A stretch of 64,000 nt of DNA, taken from contig OY782041.1 in assembly GCA_963677595.1 (NCBI GenBank), positions 128,001 through 192,000 on the forward strand. The letters are read 5' to 3'. The position numbers were made by a program, and so were the translations under genes. Under the pieces are notes generated by a model. The model did no database searches and was not told the DNA's origin. It saw only the letters and a list, made by a program, of their open reading frames with translations. This DNA is from Spirochaetia bacterium (GTDB taxonomy: Bacteria; Spirochaetota; Spirochaetia; CAKZLE01). Positions 59,137 to 64,000 of the stretch are shown piece after piece; positions within the stretch are counted from its first letter, which is position 1; each line of letters starts with the position of its first letter.

Positions 59137-61029
59137 ATGGACTATTTCGATCATGCCACTGGGATACGGGTCTGTGACCCGCAGCACGATCCTTTCGCAG
59201 GGACAGTCTGCACGACAGAGGCACTGCAGGAGGCCCTCAAGGGCTACATCCTCTCCGCTTCAGGCTGGAGGAACATCTACGCCGCGGACAAGGACGAGGA
59301 GAGCACCTCGCTAGAGATCTCGACAGCTGATGCCTACCTGACCGGTCTCATGGCCCTGGCCTTCGCTGACTTCATGGCAGGCAGGCGCTCCTGCGCACTC
59401 AGCGACCTGACCCTCCTCCTCGCCGCTGACACGAGGCCTACCGGCCCCGCGATCGCCGATATCTTCAACCGGGTGCTTCTCGCATCAGGGGTCACGGTGA
59501 AGTACTCCTTCATCGCTGCTGCCCCGGAAGCCATGGCCAACTCAGCGGTCTCCTTTGAGATCGACGGGTTCATCTATATCTCGGCAAGCCATAACCCCGT
59601 CGGATACAACGGCGTCAAGTTCGGGTATACCGGCAAGGTCATCGATGCGGGAGAGGCAGATGAGCTCATCAGAGCCTTCAGGACACTCTGCACTGACCAG
59701 GAAGCCATCGACAGGGTGCGGACTCTGTCTTCCCGGACACCCCTTGATACCTATGAAGCACTCCTCGAGTCGATCGACGGGTGCAAGGCGGAGTCCCTCG
59801 ACCAGTACCGTATGTTCACCGCTTCCGTAGCCTCCGGGTCCATGGGCATCTGCAGCCAGGACCAGGTCTACAACACGATCCGGGCGCTGGCCGACCGGGA
59901 GGGACTGGGAGTGGTCATCGATTTCAACGGGAGCGCGAGGACGCGCTCCATCGACCGTGACCTGCTCACCTCCATGGGAGTGAGCGTTGAGACCGTCGGT
60001 GAAGACCCCGGGGTCTTCACCCACCGGATCGTCCCTGAGGGGGAGAGCCTCAACACCTGCAGGGAACTGCTCGAGGACTCCTATATGCAGGATCCCTCCT
60101 ATCTCTTCGGCTACCTCCCCGACTGTGACGGTGACCGGGGGAATATCGTGTACATGGATGAGGCAGCCGGGAAGGCGAAGATCCTCGAGGCACAGGAGGT
60201 CTTCGCCCTTGCCGTGCTCTCCGAACTGGCCTTCATCACCTCGACTGCCCCGGAGGGGCCCCATGCGGTCGTGGTGAACGGCCCCACCTCGATGCGGATC
60301 GACGAGATCGCAGGAGCGTTCGGCGTCAGGGTCTTCAGGGCTGAGGTCGGGGAAGCGAATGCCGTGACGCTCGCACAGCAGCTCCGGGATGAGGGCTATA
60401 CCGTCCGGATCCTCGGGGAAGGGTCAAACGGGGGGAACATCACCCACCCCGCCTCGGTCAGGGACCCGCTCAACACAGCCGTCTCACTGCTCAAGCTCAT
60501 GGCGATCCGGGACACCCCGGAACAGCAGGGGCTCTTCAGCCGGTGGTGCGAAGCTTCCGGCCAGGCTGACCGGTTCACCCCCCACTTCTCCCTTGCCGAT
60601 GTCATCGCCACCCTCCCCGCCTATACCACCACCAGCGCCTATGAGCCGCGGGCGATCCTCAGGATCACATCCACCGACCAGGAGATCCTGAAGCAGCGGT
60701 ATGAGGGACTCTTCGAACGATACTGGGAAACCCATACTGAGGAGTTCAGGACCCGGGGCATCTTCTCCTTCGAGGAGATAAACACCGCGGGAACGGTAGA
60801 GACCCGCGGGTCGGGGAAGGAAGCAAGGCCAGCCTCGAGCACGGGAGGGCTGAAGATCCTCTTCTTCGATGAGGCCGGTTTGCCGGCTGCATATATCTGG
60901 ATGAGGGGATCGAAGACCGAACCGGTCTTCAGGGTGCTCGCTGACGTGCGGGGAGATGACCCGATCCTTGAGGAGTGGCTGCTGAGCCTCCACAAGCAGC
61001 TTATCGGTGAAGCAGACTCAGCAGAGTAA
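59137..61029 (+). CDS. Phosphohexomutase (PGM/PMM superfamily, divergent)
   Basis: DTR, SASHNP..YNG.K, PDCDGDR, VGE, GEGSNGG, RGSKTEP..R; GGAGG SD. Confidence 0.88.
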   Translation: MDYFDHATGIRVCDPQHDPFAGTVCTTEALQEALKGYILSASGWRNIYAADKDEESTSLEISTADAYLTGLMALAFADFMAGRRSCALSDLTLLLAADTRPTGPAIADIFNRVLLASGVTVKYSFIAAAPEAMANSAVSFEIDGFIYISASHNPVGYNGVKFGYTGKVIDAGEADELIRAFRTLCTDQEAIDRVRTLSSRTPLDTYEALLESIDGCKAESLDQYRMFTASVASGSMGICSQDQVYNTIRALADREGLGVVIDFNGSARTRSIDRDLLTSMGVSVETVGEDPGVFTHRIVPEGESLNTCRELLEDSYMQDPSYLFGYLPDCDGDRGNIVYMDEAAGKAKILEAQEVFALAVLSELAFITSTAPEGPHAVVVNGPTSMRIDEIAGAFGVRVFRAEVGEANAVTLAQQLRDEGYTVRILGEGSNGGNITHPASVRDPLNTAVSLLKLMAIRDTPEQQGLFSRWCEASGQADRFTPHFSLADVIATLPAYTTTSAYEPRAILRITSTDQEILKQRYEGLFERYWETHTEEFRTRGIFSFEEINTAGTVETRGSGKEARPASSTGGLKILFFDEAGLPAAYIWMRGSKTEPVFRVLADVRGDDPILEEWLLSLHKQLIGEADSAE

Positions 61030-61131
61030 TACATCTTCCAGTTGTTAAGTTCGCATGCTATACTTAAACCTACCGAAGGGATCCTCTATAATGGGTCCCT
61101 TCGGATCATCATTGACGAGAGGGAGGTTTAT

Positions 61132-62049
61132 ATGTACAGACACCTGTCACCTACTGACAAAGCGATCGAACACCGGCACCTTGAACAGATCCTCAACGTC
61201 TACCCGGACCTTGAGATCAGTTCCAAGCACTTCAATACAGATGGTTTCGCCAATGACATCATCACCATCAACGAGAAAACGATCTTCCGGTTCCCCAAGT
61301 TCTCCTGGGCCCTGGAAGACATGTACGGGGAGGCCCGATGCCTGGAGGTCGCAAAGCTCCATACGACCATGCGGCTCCCCTCCTGGACGATCCATAACGA
61401 TACGTTCATCAGCTACCAGAAGATCCAGGGAGATGCCATGCACCGCTGGCGGCTCCAGAAAGAAGCCCCCGAGCACATCGCAGGGGCTGCCCATGACCTG
61501 GGGACCTTCCTCAACGAGCTTCACAGCATCCCCATGAAGGAGTTGAGTTCTCACTCCATCAACCCCTCGAGTGTATCCCAGAGCTATGATGACTGGCTTA
61601 AGATGTATGATGATATCCAGCAGGAGCTCTTCCCGATCATGACCTCATCGACCCAGGACTGGGTCGAGACCCTCTTCAGGACGATCATTGCCGATAACAC
61701 CCTGATGGACTACAGTCCCAGGCTCGTGGTGGGGGAACTCACCTCTTCACACATCATCTTCAACTATGAGAAGAAGAGCATCTCGGGGATCATCGACTTC
61801 CGGACCTCCGGGATCGCTGACCCGGCTGTCGATATCGCCTATATCTTTGAGCAGTATGGGGAGTCCTTCGTGGAGATGATGCAGCAGACCTACCAGGGAT
61901 CGAAGAAGTTGATGACCCGGGCACGGTTCATCGCAGAGACGCTGCCACTGCAGTGGGCTCTCGGCGGCTTCAGGACGGGGAACCCCTACTGGTACCTGAT
62001 TGATCTCGGCAGGGAGCGGGGGTTCCGTTCAGCCTATATCAAGCCCTAA
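61132..62049 (+). CDS. Aminoglycoside-phosphotransferase-like protein with altered catalytic motifs
   Basis: IFRFP, E...L, Y.KI.G, L..FL.ELH, GIIDF....ADPA.D; catalytic loop reads VGELTSSH. Confidence 0.8.
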   Translation: MYRHLSPTDKAIEHRHLEQILNVYPDLEISSKHFNTDGFANDIITINEKTIFRFPKFSWALEDMYGEARCLEVAKLHTTMRLPSWTIHNDTFISYQKIQGDAMHRWRLQKEAPEHIAGAAHDLGTFLNELHSIPMKELSSHSINPSSVSQSYDDWLKMYDDIQQELFPIMTSSTQDWVETLFRTIIADNTLMDYSPRLVVGELTSSHIIFNYEKKSISGIIDFRTSGIADPAVDIAYIFEQYGESFVEMMQQTYQGSKKLMTRARFIAETLPLQWALGGFRTGNPYWYLIDLGRERGFRSAYIKP

Positions 62050-63353
62050 CCGAGCAGCCCCGCGATCGCAGCACCGAGGATCGGTGAGGAGTCGATCGTG
62101 ACGAACTCGTAGGACCGGCCGACATCCTTCCCCAGGAACTCGTGCAGGTACCATTCAGTATAACTCTTCAGGTTATGTGTCCTCGCGAAGGTCGTGCCGT
62201 CTGCATTGATGCAGACGGGATGCCTCGGGTCGGTCCCGTCACCGGACTTGATCACCGTTGCCGCGAGGTTCACGGCGGTGAGTTTCGCGGCCCGCTCGAT
62301 GACCCCGTCTAAGAGGCTGTAGGTGATCACCGCATCCTCCTCGGAGGTGCAGCAGGAGGCGAGGACCTTGCTGGTGTCGTAGGGGGTATGGAGGAAATCG
62401 TCCATGACGATGGTATTCATATCAGGGAGGTCCCTGGTGAAGTTCTCGGCGAAGCCGGGAGAGTAGAGCCCGCTCCTGACGGCTTCGGCGAGGACCGCAT
62501 GCCCGTATGCCCCGATATAGGCCCCGGAGATCAGTTTCTCGAAGTGGTAGACTGAAGGGTCCTTGGTACCTGCATAATAGGCACGGTCGAAGTCAGAGGC
62601 AGGCAGGGCGAAGTTCCCCGATTCGATGTTGATGATCTGGTGCCCGGCAGGGTCGAGCCCGGAGACTTTCTTGATGTTGCCGTTTGCTTCCGCGTAGCTG
62701 GTGTTGGTACCGGTGCCGAGGATGAACCCGATGTACCCGCTGTAGGGGATCTCCACCGGCTGGGCCTTCCCTGCGAGCAGGGTTGCGACCGTGTCATTGA
62801 GGAGGGTAAGCTGTTTGGGATCGGTGTACCCCCGACCGGCTAACTCATCGAGGAGTTCCTTCCCCACGTATCGACCGATCACCTCAGGGGCCTTGATCTC
62901 CTTGGAGAAGACGATGAGCTTCCCGTCGCGATCGCTTGTGATCTCCGCGGCATAGGAGAAGCAGAAGCCAAGCTGACTGCTCCTGGTGAATATCGGCTCT
63001 ACGGCATCGGCGATGATGCTGAAGAACTCATTCGCACTGACCTCGTGTTTGACACCCGGCATCCCCCGTTTGGAGAAGTCCGTGATCACAGGGCCCTTCT
63101 CAGAGGTGAAGTTCACGATGGCGGTACGCAGGTTGGTACCACCTGCATCTATGACGATGACTTCGGTGTCATGAGGGAAAGCATCCTTCATCTCTATATA
63201 GGTAGGGATCATCTGCAGGGAAGAGGGTTCCCCCTCTAAGCCCTTCCTCATCTCCTCAAGGAAGAAGTCACAGGTATCAGCTGTCGACAGCACTGATGGG
63301 TGGGCCCCTATATCCTTGAGGAACCCCGCTGCCCTCCTGATCGCCGCATTCAT
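62046..63353 (-). CDS. Hexokinase (eukaryote-type)
   Basis: SSLQMIPTY, IDAGGTNLR, LGFCFSY, FSKE, LNDTVATL, ILGTGTN, NIESG, EKLISGAY, DGT. Confidence 0.93.
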   Translation of the reverse strand: MNAAIRRAAGFLKDIGAHPSVLSTADTCDFFLEEMRKGLEGEPSSLQMIPTYIEMKDAFPHDTEVIVIDAGGTNLRTAIVNFTSEKGPVITDFSKRGMPGVKHEVSANEFFSIIADAVEPIFTRSSQLGFCFSYAAEITSDRDGKLIVFSKEIKAPEVIGRYVGKELLDELAGRGYTDPKQLTLLNDTVATLLAGKAQPVEIPYSGYIGFILGTGTNTSYAEANGNIKKVSGLDPAGHQIINIESGNFALPASDFDRAYYAGTKDPSVYHFEKLISGAYIGAYGHAVLAEAVRSGLYSPGFAENFTRDLPDMNTIVMDDFLHTPYDTSKVLASCCTSEEDAVITYSLLDGVIERAAKLTAVNLAATVIKSGDGTDPRHPVCINADGTTFARTHNLKSYTEWYLHEFLGKDVGRSYEFVTIDSSPILGAAIAGLLG

Positions 63354-63797
63354 ATACACCTCCGCTAAACCGGTTTACTTTTCCCGTATTCTATCAGCAT
63401 ATACTCGACTTGTCCAGAAATGCATGCTATAAAAAATGAGGACCCCAGAGGATGAGGTCCCGCAGAAATGAGTAATGAGTAAATATGCTCCGTCTACAGG
63501 AATGATCATGTTATGGTGTCTTATGAACATCTCTGCAACGCAACTAGGTACATTGTACCCGTAATCCACCGATTGTCTATCATCCTCAAGTATGAGAACA
63601 CCTTTACGGGTGTTCAGTCTATTATGCAGAGTTCACGTACACACCCCCTCTCGAGAGGGGGTTGTATGATGCGAAGGATATACCCTCCCCTCCGGTGTGA
63701 ATCCTCACTCGATGGATTTTACACGAATATGTGCAGAGTCATTGAAGAAAAAAAACAAATACCATAGAATAATGCAAATACCTTATAGGAGATACCC

Positions 63798-64000
63798 ATG
63801 GCAATACCAAGCCTTTTTGATAAATGCTACCAGTTTACCGCAGCTGAGGATAGCCGAAAAGCCGGTTCCTACCCCTTCTTCAAGCCTATCGAACGTTTCT
63901 CTGGATCACACGTGATCGTCGAAGGACGCGAACTGCTCATGGCAGGCTCGAACAACTACCTCGGCCTTGCCGTTGACGAGCGGGTGAAAGAGGCAGCCTG
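63798..64000 (+). CDS. Alpha-oxoamine synthase family (serine palmitoyltransferase/BioF-like), runs off the window end
   Basis: AGGAG SD, then MAIPSLFDKCYQFTAAEDSRKAGSYPFFKPIERFSGSHVIVEGRELLMAGSNNYLGLAVDERVKEAA; absent from the ORF track because it is truncated. Confidence 0.85.
   Translation, partial: MAIPSLFDKCYQFTAAEDSRKAGSYPFFKPIERFSGSHVIVEGRELLMAGSNNYLGLAVDERVKEAA

Noticed and set aside
63438-63500. Lysine riboswitch-like GAGGT...ATGAGTA
   Set aside because: The remaining conserved elements were not found, and the downstream gene is unrelated to lysine

Overview
This is a GC-rich window from a Spirochaetales bacterium, probably Sphaerochaetaceae-like. The assignment is inferred from spirochaete-type gene order (murB/cysS-ECF sigma-anti-sigma; murC-yicC-cmk-rpoZ-miaA), a PPi-dependent PFK, a eukaryote-type hexokinase and a BMP lipoprotein. 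Most of the window is housekeeping metabolism. Three accessory zones stand out. (1) A left edge with a HipA-like toxin end, an aldo/keto reductase and a Schlafen/AlbA_2-ATPase. (2) At 16.6-21.9 kb, a decayed island is bounded by a 107-bp duplication of the asnS 3' end. It holds a complete IS110-family element (17124-18702) that splits a 56-codon gene, has sub-terminal inverted repeats, would form a 17-bp-spaced promoter on circularisation and carries a structured candidate bridge RNA. Next come three tandem pseudo-receiver LuxR regulators, each trailed by a conserved ~215-nt GGA-rich structured non-coding element. (3) At 28.4-37.4 kb, a LacI-controlled operon is headed by a sulfatase and continues with a nucleoside ABC importer, PNP and deoC, upstream of deoB-deoD. 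I saw no CRISPR array, tRNA or rRNA gene. All calls were made by eye from motifs; no database searches were run.
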